A DNA stretch of 32,000 nt from Corynebacterium amycolatum (GTDB lineage: Bacteria > Actinomycetota > Actinomycetes > Mycobacteriales > Mycobacteriaceae). Below, piece by piece: positions 10,548 through 21,000 of the stretch (position 1 is the first letter of the stretch; each line of letters begins with the position of its first letter). Position numbers and translations under genes: made by a program. The notes below the pieces were generated by a model that made no database searches, had not been told where the DNA came from, and worked only from the letters and a program-made list of their open reading frames with translations. Where the stretch lies: NCBI RefSeq assembly GCF_049243625.1, contig NZ_CP046975.1; one strand, given 5' to 3'.

Positions 10548-11023
10548 TGACCTCTCTTCGTGCAGCAACGGATGCCACGACGGCGATTCCGACCGTGCTT
10601 GTTTTGAACGGCCCGAACCTCGATCGTCTGGGCAAGCGTCAGCCAGAAATTTACGGTGCCACTACTTTGGCCGATGTCGAATCTGAACTTCGTACCCTAG
10701 CCAAGGAGCTTGGCGTCGTAGTGGATTGCCGCCAATCCAACTATGAAGGTCAGCTCATCGAGTGGGTTCACGAAGCTGCTGATTACGGTTGGCCAGTAAT
10801 TATCAATCCAGGAGGGTTGACACACACCTCCGTCGCCCTACGTGACGCGCTCGCCGAGATTGCCGACGGCCCGGGCTTCCACGAGGTTCATATTTCAAAC
10901 ATTCACGCCCGGGAGGAGTTTCGGCATCACTCGTATCTTTCGGCGCTTGCCGCGGGCGTTATCGTCGGATGTGGAACTGATGGCTATTCCATGGCACTGA
11001 GAAGGGTGAGTACGACACTATGA
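10547..11023 (+). CDS. aroQ: 3-dehydroquinate dehydratase, type II
   Basis: 158 aa. [52 protein letters not shown]. The start overlaps the aroB stop (TAATG). Confidence 0.95.
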   Translation: MTSLRAATDATTAIPTVLVLNGPNLDRLGKRQPEIYGATTLADVESELRTLAKELGVVVDCRQSNYEGQLIEWVHEAADYGWPVIINPGGLTHTSVALRDALAEIADGPGFHEVHISNIHAREEFRHHSYLSALAAGVIVGCGTDGYSMALRRVSTTL

Positions 11024-12192
11024 CAGATATCTCCACGAACTACGCCGCCCGCCGAGCCGCTCTTATCGACGCATTGTCCGACAACGACTGCGACGGTTTC
11101 CTCACAGTCAATCCGACGCATGTTGGTTGGCTTACGGGTTTCCACGGCTCGAATGCTGGTTTGATTGTTGCGGCCAGTGGGGAAGCGCTGCTTTCCACCG
11201 ACGGCCGCTATACGGTTCAGGCTGGCAAGCAGGCACCGGACGTGGAGTTACTCACCGCCCGCAACACCGGCGTGGCACTCGTCGGTCAAGCCCGAAAGTT
11301 GGATATTTCGCGTCTTGGTGTTGAATCTGAGTTCCTCACCATGGCTGCTTACCAAGAGCTAGAGGATGCCCGTCCACAGGCACTCGAGCTGGTATCGACT
11401 ACGGGCGTCGTCTCTAAACTGCGGGAAATCAAGTCCGATACGGAACTCGTCGCTCTGCGCCACGTCGCCGACATCGCGGTCCGCGCATTCGAGGACTTGC
11501 TTCACGACGGCATCGTGGTCGCCGGCCGCAAGGAGCGCGAAGTCGCCGCAGAGTTGGAGTACCGGATGCGCATGCATGGTGCCGATCGGCCCAGCTTCGA
11601 CACGATTGTCGCAAGCGGCCCGAATTCCGCCAAGCCACATCACGGAGCGGAAGATCGCGTAATCGAGGCAGGTGACCTGGTCACTATTGACTTTGGTGCC
11701 TTTGCCGGGGGCTACAACTCCGATATGACACGTACCCTCTTTGCCGGTGAGACGGCAACGTCGTCAAGCGAAAACAATCCGAACAGTACGTCGTCGGATC
11801 TGGCCGGCGCGATCGTTGCCGGTGTGGAGTTCGCAGACGAGAAAGCCCGAGAGATTTACAACGTCGTACTGGAAGCACAGCTGGCCGGCGTAAAAGCGGC
11901 CGTGCCAGGGGCCGATGTTGTGGCTGTTGACGCAGCATGCCGGGACATTATTGAAAATGCTGGTTATGGGGAACACTTCGTCCATTCCACCGGCCACGGG
12001 ATTGGTATCGAGGTGCATGAGGCTCCATTTGCCGCTCGCACCGGCAAGGGGAAGTTGGCAGCTGGCATGACGTTGACCATCGAGCCTGGTATTTATGTTC
12101 CGGGGTTCGGCGGTGTGCGCATCGAAGATACGTTGATTATCACTGACACCGAGCCGGAAATTATTACACAGCTGCCGAAACCGCGAGCCTAA
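11020..12192 (+). CDS. pepQ: Xaa-Pro aminopeptidase/dipeptidase, M24B family (PepQ/PapA-like)
   Basis: 390 aa with an ATGA overlap onto aroQ. Pita-bread metal ligands intact ([45 protein letters not shown]). Carries a Ser/Asn-rich insertion of about 30 aa between the DMTRT and YNVVLEAQ segments. Confidence 0.88.
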   Translation: MTDISTNYAARRAALIDALSDNDCDGFLTVNPTHVGWLTGFHGSNAGLIVAASGEALLSTDGRYTVQAGKQAPDVELLTARNTGVALVGQARKLDISRLGVESEFLTMAAYQELEDARPQALELVSTTGVVSKLREIKSDTELVALRHVADIAVRAFEDLLHDGIVVAGRKEREVAAELEYRMRMHGADRPSFDTIVASGPNSAKPHHGAEDRVIEAGDLVTIDFGAFAGGYNSDMTRTLFAGETATSSSENNPNSTSSDLAGAIVAGVEFADEKAREIYNVVLEAQLAGVKAAVPGADVVAVDAACRDIIENAGYGEHFVHSTGHGIGIEVHEAPFAARTGKGKLAAGMTLTIEPGIYVPGFGGVRIEDTLIITDTEPEIITQLPKPRA

Positions 12193-12280
12193 CATCACGG
12201 CGTTTTTATTTTTCTCTCGATGAGATACGGAGTATCGTGGTTTCGTCAGAGAGCTTTTTAACAATTTCAGGAGAGTTTAG

Positions 12281-12844
12281 TTGGCTACCACCGCAGATTT
12301 TAAAAACGGTCTAGTTATCAAGCACGACAACAAGCTTCAGCAGATCGTGGAGTTCCAGCACGTCAAGCCAGGTAAGGGTCCGGCATTCGTCCGCACCAAG
12401 CTGAAGGACGTTCTGACCGGCAAGGTTGTTGACAAGACTTTCAACGCTGGTGTCAAGATTGAGACTGCTACCGTCGACCGCCGCGACATGACGTACCTGT
12501 ACCACGACGGTGAAGGATACGTCTTCATGGACGACAAGACCTACGACCAGATTTCCATCCTGGATGCTCAGATGCCGGAGGGTGCTAAGTTCCTGCTTCC
12601 GGAAACCACCTGCCAGGTGTCCTTCCATGAGGGCAACGTTCTTTTCGCTGAAATGCCTGTTTCGGTCGAACTGAAGGTTGAGCAGACCGACCCGGGTCTG
12701 CAGGGCGACCGCTCCACCGGTGGCACCAAGCCGGCAACTTTGGAGACTGGCGCTGAGATTCAGGTGCCGCTGTTCATCGAAACCGGCGACGTTCTGAAGG
12801 TCGACACCCGTGACGGTTCCTACCTGTCCCGCGTCAACCACTAA
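12281..12844 (+). CDS. efp: Elongation factor P (actinobacterial PGKGP-loop subfamily)
   Basis: 187 aa with TTG start at 12281 and GGAGAG 5 nt upstream. N-terminus [12 protein letters not shown]; loop [14 protein letters not shown] (PGKGP at 12368-12382). Conserved position after pepQ. Confidence 0.95.
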   Translation: MATTADFKNGLVIKHDNKLQQIVEFQHVKPGKGPAFVRTKLKDVLTGKVVDKTFNAGVKIETATVDRRDMTYLYHDGEGYVFMDDKTYDQISILDAQMPEGAKFLLPETTCQVSFHEGNVLFAEMPVSVELKVEQTDPGLQGDRSTGGTKPATLETGAEIQVPLFIETGDVLKVDTRDGSYLSRVNH

Positions 12845-12892
12845 TTCCCTCATCTAGTTCACCCTTTTGTTGAGAGCGATACATACACATCC

Positions 12893-13597
12893 ATGACTGA
12901 AAAGGATCACAAGTCCGTTGACACCTCGGATGCGCAGGAGTCCGCGAACGTTCGCGAACCTAACTACAAGCGCCACGGCGCGCGCTACCGTGCGCGCCGT
13001 CGTGCAGTAGATCTGCTTTTTGAGGCCGAGCAGCGAGGCGTCGACGTCGTCAAGCTTCTTGAAGAGCGGCTGGAAATGGTCCGTAATCCCGATTTGGATG
13101 TGAATCCAATTGCGGAGTACACCGAGCAGATTGTGCGCGGTGTAGCTGCGGAGATCATCGGTATCGACTCTACGATTTCTTCGTACCTGACGGAGGAGTG
13201 GCCGCTGCGTCGCCTACCGGCAGTCGACCGCGCTATTTTGCGTCTTTCCACCTGGGAGCTGTTCTACAACTCCGACGTGCCTCCGCGTGTGGCCGTGGTG
13301 GAAGGCGTTGAGCTGGCATCGGAATACTCCACTGATGTGGCGGCACCGTACATCAACGCAGTACTCGATGCTGAAGCCAAGATTGCCGACCAGGCACGCC
13401 TGGCAGCTGCAGCTGTGAGCACTTCGGTGGGCGAGTCCCAGTTCGATGAAGCTATCCAGGCACAGGCTGCCGCAAATGAGGAAGCTGACAAGGCATTGGT
13501 CGACTCCGATGAGATGGCTAAGATTACCGGCCTGGACATGAGCGATATTGCCAAGCTGGTGGCTGAAGACGTGGCTAAGAGCGAGAACGGGTCCTAG
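12893..13597 (+). CDS. nusB: Transcription antitermination factor NusB with N- and C-terminal extensions
   Basis: 234 aa. NusB core runs roughly aa 30-165 ([16 protein letters not shown] ... [16 protein letters not shown] ... APYINAVLD). About 70 extra acidic/Ala-rich residues at the C-terminus. No alternative in-frame start exists downstream of ATG 12893 before the core. Confidence 0.88.
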   Translation: MTEKDHKSVDTSDAQESANVREPNYKRHGARYRARRRAVDLLFEAEQRGVDVVKLLEERLEMVRNPDLDVNPIAEYTEQIVRGVAAEIIGIDSTISSYLTEEWPLRRLPAVDRAILRLSTWELFYNSDVPPRVAVVEGVELASEYSTDVAAPYINAVLDAEAKIADQARLAAAAVSTSVGESQFDEAIQAQAAANEEADKALVDSDEMAKITGLDMSDIAKLVAEDVAKSENGS

Positions 13598-13618
13598 CCA
13601 GTAAAAGCGGCCGGGATT

Positions 13619-13697
13619 ACTGCGAGTCAATCGCAGTCGTTTCTCGCGGATTGTCTGAAACTCCAAGTCCCTTTTTTGGGGGCTTGGAGCTTTGTTG
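13619..13697 (+). terminator. Tandem hairpins after nusB; the second is a canonical intrinsic terminator
   Basis: Hairpin 1: ACTGCGA-GTCAA-TCGCAGT (13619-13637), 7 bp. Hairpin 2: CTCCAAGTCCC / GGGGCTTGGAG (13661-13689), an 11-bp stem including one G-U pair, followed by CTTTGTT. Lies 22-100 nt after the nusB stop. Confidence 0.7.
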
Positions 13698-13779
13698 CAT
13701 TTAGAGGCAATCTAAGCGTGGGTGCTATTCTGGTCAGCGGAAGTTTGCACCGCGACCGTAGTTGCGGGTCATGCAGACT

Positions 13780-13785
13780 GATAAT
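13780..13785 (+). promoter_or_regulatory. Candidate -10 hexamer (GATAAT) for the pyr operon
   Basis: GATAAT keeps the key A2/T6 positions and sits downstream of the nusB terminator, about 65 nt before the pyrR ATG. No clear -35. Sequence inspection only. Confidence 0.3.
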
Positions 13786-13806
13786 CAAATATCCACAATC
13801 AAGACA

Positions 13807-13843
13807 TCCTTTAACGGACCGCACTGAGAGGCGGGGAAGGAGG
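13807..13843 (+). promoter_or_regulatory. PyrR-binding-loop-like leader hairpin overlapping the pyrR Shine-Dalgarno
   Basis: Outer helix TCCTT (13807-13811) / AAGGA (13837-13841). Inner helix CCGC (13819-13822) / GCGG (13831-13834). The apical CACUGAGAGGCGG contains the GAGAGGC core of PyrR boxes. SD AAGGAGG is 13837-13843 and the ATG is at 13849. Confidence 0.5.
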
Positions 13844-13848
13844 TCACG

Positions 13849-14418
13849 ATGAGCGAAGGAACGCCGCAAACAACCGAGCTGCTCAATGCAGACGAAGTTG
13901 CACGTACCGTCGCGCGCATCGCGCACCAAATTATTGAAAAAACTGCGCTGGATAGCCCAAATGCTGGGCGCGTAGTTCTCCTCGGCATTCCATCTGGTGG
14001 CGTGCCGCTGGCGGAAAAGCTAGCCGATTTGATTGAACAGTTCTCCGGCATACGTCCGGAAACTGGATCGCTCGATATCACCCTATACAGGGATGACTTG
14101 CGCAAGGGCCCGCACCGCGCCCTGCAGCCCACGAATATTCCGAACTCCGGAATTGACGGAACCACCGTTGTTCTCGTAGACGATGTCCTTTTCTCAGGTC
14201 GCACGATTCGTGCCGCACTCGACGCTATTGCTGATATCGGTCGCCCGCGAGTAATCCAGCTTGCAGTGCTGGTCGATCGTGGTCATCGCCAACTACCAAT
14301 TCGCGCCGATTACGTCGGTAAGAATCTGCCAACTTCCCGCGACGAAGACGTCGATGTGCTGGTCGAGGCGCTTGACGGCCGCGACGCGGTTATTCTCACC
14401 CGGGCGGAGGAACAGTGA
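13849..14418 (+). CDS. pyrR: Bifunctional pyrimidine operon regulator / uracil phosphoribosyltransferase PyrR
   Basis: 189 aa with the PRTase PRPP loop [20 protein letters not shown] and a PyrR-type N-terminus ([33 protein letters not shown]). Strong SD. First gene of pyrR-pyrB-pyrC-carA-carB-pyrF. Confidence 0.95.
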   Translation: MSEGTPQTTELLNADEVARTVARIAHQIIEKTALDSPNAGRVVLLGIPSGGVPLAEKLADLIEQFSGIRPETGSLDITLYRDDLRKGPHRALQPTNIPNSGIDGTTVVLVDDVLFSGRTIRAALDAIADIGRPRVIQLAVLVDRGHRQLPIRADYVGKNLPTSRDEDVDVLVEALDGRDAVILTRAEEQ

Positions 14419-15368
14419 AACATCTGATTAGCATTGCGGATTTGACCAAGGATGAAATTGTCGGCCTGATGGATGAGGCCGATCGTTTTAAGGAGGTCAT
14501 CCGCGGTCGGGAAATTAAGAAGCTGCCGACCCTGCGCGGCCGCACTATTTACAACCTCTTTTACGAGAACTCCACGCGCACCCGCTCATCTTTTGAGACT
14601 GCGGGTAAGTGGATGAGCGCCGATGTTATTAATATCTCAGCTTCCTCTTCCTCTGTGAAGAAGGGCGAGAGCCTGAAAGACACCGCGCTGACTTTGGATG
14701 CTATCGGCGGCGATGCCATCGTCGTTAGGCACCCATCGTCGGGAGCGGCACAGCTGATCGCCAAGTGGACTGAGGAATTTGGCAACGGCCCATCGATCAT
14801 CAACGCGGGTGACGGAAAGCACCAGCACCCGACGCAGGCTCTCCTGGACGCGGTGACGTTGCGTCAGCGTCTCGGTGGAATTGAGGGGCGCAAGGTCGTC
14901 ATCGTTGGCGATATCCTGCATTCTCGCGTCGCCCGCTCTAACGCCGATCTCCTGAGCAAGCTCGGCGCCGAAGTCGTCTTCGTCGCCCCACCGACGTTGC
15001 TGCCATTTGGCATCGAGACCTGGCCGGTGCGTGTTGCCTACCGCATGGAAGACGAGATCCGAGATGCTGATGCCGTGATGATGCTCCGCGTTCAGCAGGA
15101 GCGCATGAACGGAGGTTTCTTCCCATCCCATCGCGAATACGCCACTCGCTACGGGCTGTCGAAGGCTCGTGAGAAGATGCTTCGCGACGACTGCATTGTG
15201 ATGCACCCAGGTCCGATGCTTCGTGGCATGGAAATTAACGATGCCGTCGCTGATCTGCCGCGCACTGCCGTGCTGCAGCAGGTAGCCAACGGTGTCCACG
15301 TCCGCATGGCAGTTCTTTTCACACTGCTGACCTCAGGCGTTTCCGCCAACTTGGAAGGGCAGGCATAA
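14415..15368 (+). CDS. pyrB: Aspartate carbamoyltransferase catalytic subunit
   Basis: 317 aa. GTG start overlaps the pyrR stop (GTGA), with GGCGGAGG RBS. Motifs [32 protein letters not shown]. Confidence 0.96.
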   Translation: MKHLISIADLTKDEIVGLMDEADRFKEVIRGREIKKLPTLRGRTIYNLFYENSTRTRSSFETAGKWMSADVINISASSSSVKKGESLKDTALTLDAIGGDAIVVRHPSSGAAQLIAKWTEEFGNGPSIINAGDGKHQHPTQALLDAVTLRQRLGGIEGRKVVIVGDILHSRVARSNADLLSKLGAEVVFVAPPTLLPFGIETWPVRVAYRMEDEIRDADAVMMLRVQQERMNGGFFPSHREYATRYGLSKAREKMLRDDCIVMHPGPMLRGMEINDAVADLPRTAVLQQVANGVHVRMAVLFTLLTSGVSANLEGQA

Positions 15369-16730
15369 ATGTCGAATCGCAATGAATATGACGAAGCCTC
15401 GTACCCCGAGGTAGGACCATTGGCAGCACCTGCACGGGGACAACTACTGCTGAAGGGTGTGCGCCCCTACGGTGAAGGCGAAGATGTCGACGTCTTGATT
15501 GACGATGGCGTTATCGCTGAGATTGGCGAAAACCTCACGGTCGAGGACGGGGTAGAGGTCCTGGAGTTCGACTCCCTCGTTCTTCTGCCAGGTCTGGTCG
15601 ACATCCATGTGCACCTGCGTGAGCCGGGCCGTGAAGATACGGAAACCCTGGCCACTGGTTCCGCTGCCGCAGCACGCGGTGGTTTCACCGCAGTGTTCAC
15701 TATGGCCAATACCGCTCCGGTAACCGACGACCCTTCGATTGCTGAGTCGGTATGGCTCAAGGGCCAGGCGCTGAACCTCTGCGACATTCACCCGGTCGGC
15801 TCTATTACTAAGGGCCTGAAGGGCGAGACGCTGACCGAGTTCGGCATGATGGCAGACTCGCAGGCGAAGGTACGCATGTTCTCCGATGACGGTAAGTGCG
15901 TCGACAATCCGCTGATTATGCGCCGCGCGATTGAATACGCCCGCGGCGAAGACGTATTGCTGGCGCAGCACTGCGAAGATCCGCGTCTGACCGCAGATGC
16001 ATCGGCTCACGAAGGTGCGACCGCCGCACGTCTGGGCCTGACCGGGTGGCCGCGCGTAGCCGAGGAGTCCATCGTGGCCCGAGATGCCATCATGGCTCGC
16101 GACTACGGCGGACGCATGCATATCTGCCACGCTTCCACCGAAGGCACTGTTGAGCTGGTCAAGTGGGCAAAGGAGCATGACATTCCGCTGACCGCCGAGG
16201 TTACCCCACATCACCTAATTCTCACCGATGAGAAGCTGGAGACCTACGACGGCGTCTACCGCGTCAACCCGCCGCTGCGTGAGCAGCGCGACACCCTGGC
16301 TCTGCGTCAGGCTCTGATTGACGGGATTATTGACTGTGTCGCTACCGACCATGCTCCGCACGGCTCTGAAGAAAAGTGCTGCGAGTTTGAGCACGCTAAG
16401 CCCGGCATGCTTGGTCTGGAGACCTCGATGCCAATCATCGCCGAAGAGTTTGTTTTGAAGGGCGATTGTGATTGGCGCTGGCTGGCCAAGGTTATGAGTG
16501 AGCGTCCTGCTCAAATTGTGAAGCTGCCGGGGCACGGCCGACCAATCGCTGTCGGTGAGCCTGCCAACCTGACCGTTGTTGACCCGGGCAAAAAGTGGAC
16601 GGTCCGCGGCGAAGACCTGGCGTCGAAGTCCGAGAACACTCCTTATGAGGAAATGGAGATGGCCGTGTCCGTGGCAGCTACCGTGCTGCGCGGTAAGGTG
16701 ACCGCTCTTAACGGAGAGGTCGCTGGATAA
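15369..16730 (+). CDS. pyrC: Dihydroorotase
   Basis: 453 aa. ATG directly abuts the pyrB stop (TAAATG). Amidohydrolase metal motifs [25 protein letters not shown]. Confidence 0.95.
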   Translation: MSNRNEYDEASYPEVGPLAAPARGQLLLKGVRPYGEGEDVDVLIDDGVIAEIGENLTVEDGVEVLEFDSLVLLPGLVDIHVHLREPGREDTETLATGSAAAARGGFTAVFTMANTAPVTDDPSIAESVWLKGQALNLCDIHPVGSITKGLKGETLTEFGMMADSQAKVRMFSDDGKCVDNPLIMRRAIEYARGEDVLLAQHCEDPRLTADASAHEGATAARLGLTGWPRVAEESIVARDAIMARDYGGRMHICHASTEGTVELVKWAKEHDIPLTAEVTPHHLILTDEKLETYDGVYRVNPPLREQRDTLALRQALIDGIIDCVATDHAPHGSEEKCCEFEHAKPGMLGLETSMPIIAEEFVLKGDCDWRWLAKVMSERPAQIVKLPGHGRPIAVGEPANLTVVDPGKKWTVRGEDLASKSENTPYEEMEMAVSVAATVLRGKVTALNGEVAG

Positions 16731-16816
16731 TATTCATGTCAACGCATAAAAACTCACATGCGTCCCGTATGATTAATGTAAATTCCTCGCACGCTACCCA
16801 ACTGAAAGGCAATAAC

Positions 16817-18001
16817 GTGAGCAACGAGTCGCAGGCCGCGGCCGCTACAGCGGCAGTCCTGGTATTGGCAGATGGACGAGTGTTCCGCGGACGCGGTTTT
16901 GGCGCCACCGGTACGACCCTGGGTGAGGCAGTTTTTACCACCGCTATGACGGGCTACCAGGAAACCCTGACTGACCCGTCCTACCACCGCCAGCTGGTTG
17001 TGGCCACTGCACCACAGATCGGTAACACCGGTTGGAATGACGAGGACTACGAGTCCCGTGGAAACAAGATTTGGGCAGCGGGCTTTATTATCCGCGATCT
17101 ATCGCGTATTCCCTCCAACTGGCGCTCCGAGCGCAGCTTGGAAGATGAGCTGAAGGCACAGGGCATCATCGGTATCCGCCAGATTGATACCCGCGCGCTG
17201 GTTCGCCATTTGCGCGACAATGGCTCGATTGTCGCTGGTATTTTCTCTGGTGAGGACGCACAGCAACCCGTCGATAAGCTGGTGGAAATCGTTCGCGCTC
17301 AGCCTGCGATGAAGGGCGCGGATCTGGCTCGCGAGGTCAGCACCGATCAGGCCTATGTTGTGGAAGCACAGGGGGAGAAGAAGGCACGTGTTGTGGCCTA
17401 CGACCTGGGCATTAAGTCCAACACCCCGCGTGAGCTGGCTAAGCGTGGCCTGGAAGTCGTAGTGGTTCCGGCTAACACTCCGTACGAAGATATTAAGAAG
17501 GAATACCAGCCGGATGGCGTCTTCTTGTCCAACGGCCCGGGTGACCCGGCAACTGCTGATGAGATGGTTGCGGTCGCCAAGGCCGCACTCGATGACGGCA
17601 TGCCGCTATTCGGTATCTGCTTCGGTAATCAGATTCTTGGTCGGGCACTCGGCCTGAACACCTACAAGCTGGTCTTCGGCCACCGCGGCGTCAATGTTCC
17701 GGTGAAGGACCACCGCACTGGCCGCATCTTTATCACCGCTCAGAACCACGGCTTCGCACTTGAAGGCAAGGCCGGCGAGAGTTTCGATACTCCGTGGGGC
17801 GAGGCAGAGGTTACGCACACTTGCCTTAACGACGACGTCGTTGAAGGTGTCGCACTGAAGAACGGCATGGCCTTTTCTGTGCAGTACCACCCAGAGTCCG
17901 CAGCCGGCCCGCACGATGCGCACTCTCTCTTCGATGACTTCCTGGAGCTGATTCAGAAGGTCGATTTCAACAAGTCCGCAACCGGAAACTCGAACAAGTA
18001 G
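16817..18001 (+). CDS. carA: Carbamoyl-phosphate synthase small (glutaminase) subunit
   Basis: Preferred start is GTG 16817, with GAAAGG 7 nt upstream, giving 394 aa. The track start ATG 16736 adds 27 residues encoded by a 41% GC stretch with weak GC3 bias. Motifs LVLADGRVFRGRGFGATG, GATase triad LFGICFGNQIL and VQYHPE. Confidence 0.9.
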   Translation: MSNESQAAAATAAVLVLADGRVFRGRGFGATGTTLGEAVFTTAMTGYQETLTDPSYHRQLVVATAPQIGNTGWNDEDYESRGNKIWAAGFIIRDLSRIPSNWRSERSLEDELKAQGIIGIRQIDTRALVRHLRDNGSIVAGIFSGEDAQQPVDKLVEIVRAQPAMKGADLAREVSTDQAYVVEAQGEKKARVVAYDLGIKSNTPRELAKRGLEVVVVPANTPYEDIKKEYQPDGVFLSNGPGDPATADEMVAVAKAALDDGMPLFGICFGNQILGRALGLNTYKLVFGHRGVNVPVKDHRTGRIFITAQNHGFALEGKAGESFDTPWGEAEVTHTCLNDDVVEGVALKNGMAFSVQYHPESAAGPHDAHSLFDDFLELIQKVDFNKSATGNSNK

Positions 18002-18025
18002 GAAAGGGCTAAGGGACCTAACACC

Positions 18026-21000
18026 ATGCCACGTCGTACAGACATCAACCACGTACTGGTTATCGGCTCCGGCCCGATTGTTATCGGTCAGGCCTGCGAG
18101 TTCGATTACTCCGGCACCCAGGCTTGCCGCGTGCTGCGCGAAGAGGGCCTGCGAGTCACGCTGGTTAACTCTAACCCGGCAACGATTATGACTGACCCGG
18201 AGTTCGCAGACTCCACCTACATCGAGCCGATTGAAACCAAGTACATCGAAAAGATCCTGGCCAAGGAAGCTGCAGAGGGCAACCCGATTGACGCTGTCCT
18301 GGCAACTCTCGGTGGCCAGACTGCACTGAACGCAGCTATTCAGCTGGACCGCGAGGGCATTCTGGAAAAGTATAATGTCGAGCTGATTGGCGCTGATATT
18401 CCGGCCATTCAGCGCGGTGAGGATCGCCAGATGTTCAAGGACATCGTCGCCAAGATTGGTGGCGAGTCCGCTCGTTCCCGCGTCTGCCACAACATGGAAG
18501 AAGTCCATGAGACTGTTGCAGAGCTCGGTCTTCCGGTCGTTGTTCGCCCCTCGTTCACCATGGGTGGTCTGGGCTCCGGTCTGGCTTTCAACCAGGAAGA
18601 CCTCGACCGTATTGCAGGTGGCGGCCTAGCCGCATCGCCCGAGGCCAATGTTCTGATTGAGGAGTCCATCCTCGGTTGGAAGGAATTTGAGCTCGAGCTC
18701 ATGCGCGATGGCGACGACAACGTTGTCGTGGTCTGCTCCATTGAAAACGTTGATGCCCTCGGTGTCCACACTGGTGACTCGGTAACTGTCGCTCCGTCGA
18801 TGACTCTGACCGACCGCGAGTTCCAGACCATGCGTGACCAGGGCATCGCAATCCTGCGTGAGGTCGGCGTTGACACCGGTGGCTGTAACATCCAGTTCGC
18901 CATCAATCCAAATGACGGCCGCATCATCACCATTGAGATGAACCCGCGCGTCTCCCGCTCCTCGGCGCTTGCTTCCAAGGCAACTGGTTTCCCGATTGCA
19001 AAGATTGCTGCCAAGCTGGCTATCGGCTACACCCTCGATGAGATCACCAACGACATCACCGGTGAAACCCCAGCTGCGTTTGAGCCGGTGCAGGACTACG
19101 TGATTGTCAAGGCTCCACGCTTTGCTTTCGAGAAGTTCCCTGGTGCTGACGACACGCTGACCACCACCATGAAGTCCGTCGGTGAGGCCATGGCTATCGG
19201 CCGCAACTACATCGGCGCGCTCGGTAAGGTCATGCGCTCGCTGGAGAACAAGCCAGCTGGTTTCTGGACCGTTCCGGATGAGGACTTCGCAGGTGAGCGC
19301 GCAAACGATGTCAACGCTGTCCTTGAGGACCTGAAGCGTCCGACTGAAGGCCGCATCTACGACGTTGAGCTGGCTCAGCGTTTGGGTGCTTCCATTGAGC
19401 AGATCCACGAAGCTTCTGGCCTCGATCCGTGGTTTATTGCCGAGATGGAAAACCTGCAGGATATCCGCAAGGAGCTTATCGACGCTCCGGTGGTGACCTC
19501 CGATCTACTTCGCGAAGCTAAGTACTGGGGTCTCTCCGACGCCCAGATTGCTGCTCTGCGTCCGGAGTTGGCCGGGGAAGACGGCGTGCGTGAGCTGCGC
19601 TGGCGCCTGAATATCCACCCGGTTTTCAAGACAGTCGATACCTGCTCCGCCGAGTTCGAAGCACAGACTCCGTACCACTACTCGGCATACGAACTGGACC
19701 CGGCTGCTGAGTCCGAGGTCGTTCCGCAGACCGAGAAGGAAAAGGTGATCATCCTCGGTTCCGGTCCGAACCGCATCGGCCAGGGCATTGAGTTCGACTA
19801 CTCCTGTGTTCACGCAGCCCTCGAGCTCTCCCGCGTTGGCTACGAGACCGTCATGGTCAACTGCAACCCGGAAACCGTCTCCACCGACTACGACACCGCA
19901 GACCGTCTCTACTTTGAGCCGTTGACCTTCGAGGATGTCCTTGAGGTCTACCACGCTGAGAGCCAGTCTGGAAAGGTCGCAGGCGTCATTGTTCAGCTCG
20001 GTGGCCAGACTCCGCTGGGCCTGGCTGAGCGTCTGCAGACCGCAGGTGTTCCGATTGTCGGCACTAGCCCGGAGGCAATCGACCTGGCTGAGGACCGTGG
20101 TGAGTTCGGCAAGGTCCTGGCTGAGGCCAACCTGCCGGCGCCGGAGTTCGGTACCGCCACCTCCTTCGCAGAAGCTCGCCAGGTTGCCGCTGGCATCGGT
20201 TACCCGGTGCTGGTCCGTCCGTCCTACGTCCTCGGCGGCCGTGGCATGGAAATCGTCTACGATGAGGCCACCCTGGAGGACTACATCAACCGCGCTACCG
20301 AGCTGTCCAATGAGCACCCGGTACTGGTTGATCGCTTCCTGGACAGCGCCATCGAAATCGATGTTGATGCACTGTGTGATGGGGAAGAGGTCTACCTCGG
20401 CGGCGTCATGGAACACATCGAGGAAGCCGGTATTCACTCCGGTGACTCCGCGTGTGCGCTGCCTCCGATGACTCTGTCCGGAAGCATCATCGACAAGGTG
20501 CGTGAATCCACCAAGGCACTGGCACACGGCATCGGTGTGAAGGGCCTGATGAACGTTCAGTACGCACTCAAGGACGAGACCCTCTACGTCATCGAAGCCA
20601 ACCCGCGTGCATCTCGTACCGTACCGTTTGTCTCCAAGGCAACCTCGGTTCCGCTGGCTAAGGCCGCATCCCGCGTCATGATGGGTACTACAATCGCGGA
20701 ACTGCGCGAAGAGGGCATGATTCCATCCAACTTCGACGGCGGTTCTCTGCCCGCTGACGCTCCGATTGCGGTTAAGGAAGCCGTCCTGCCGTTCAACCGC
20801 TTCCGCGACTTTGAGGGCCGCGCTCTCGACAGCCTGCTGAGCCCGGAGATGAAGTCCACCGGTGAAGTCATGGGTCTGGCCGACAACTTTGGTGCTGCTT
20901 TCGCCAAGGGAGAGCTGGCCGGTTTCGGTGAGTTGCCGACCGAGGGCACGATCTTCGTCTCGCTGGCCAACCGCGATAAGCGCACTCTGGTATTCCCGAT

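Noticed and set aside
12193-12220. T-rich tract CGTTTTTATTTTTCTCTC after pepQ as an intrinsic terminator
   Set aside because: The only upstream pairing is a 4-5-bp GCCG/CGGC stem with a ~20-nt loop, too weak for a terminator call. It may simply be AT-rich promoter-proximal DNA for efp.
16768-16785. ARG-box-like sequence TATGATTAATGTAAATTC before carA
   Set aside because: The left half fits TNTGAAT, but the right half (AATTC) is displaced by about 3 nt relative to the 18-bp ARG-box palindrome, and only one box is present. This is insufficient to call an ArgR operator.
16736-16816. 27-codon 5' extension of carA in the ORF track
   Set aside because: 41% GC with weak third-position GC bias, unlike the rest of the gene. 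CarA homology begins only at AAVLVLADG. GTG 16817 has a GAAAGG RBS and gives a typical length of about 394 aa. Kept as an alternative start, not as the call.
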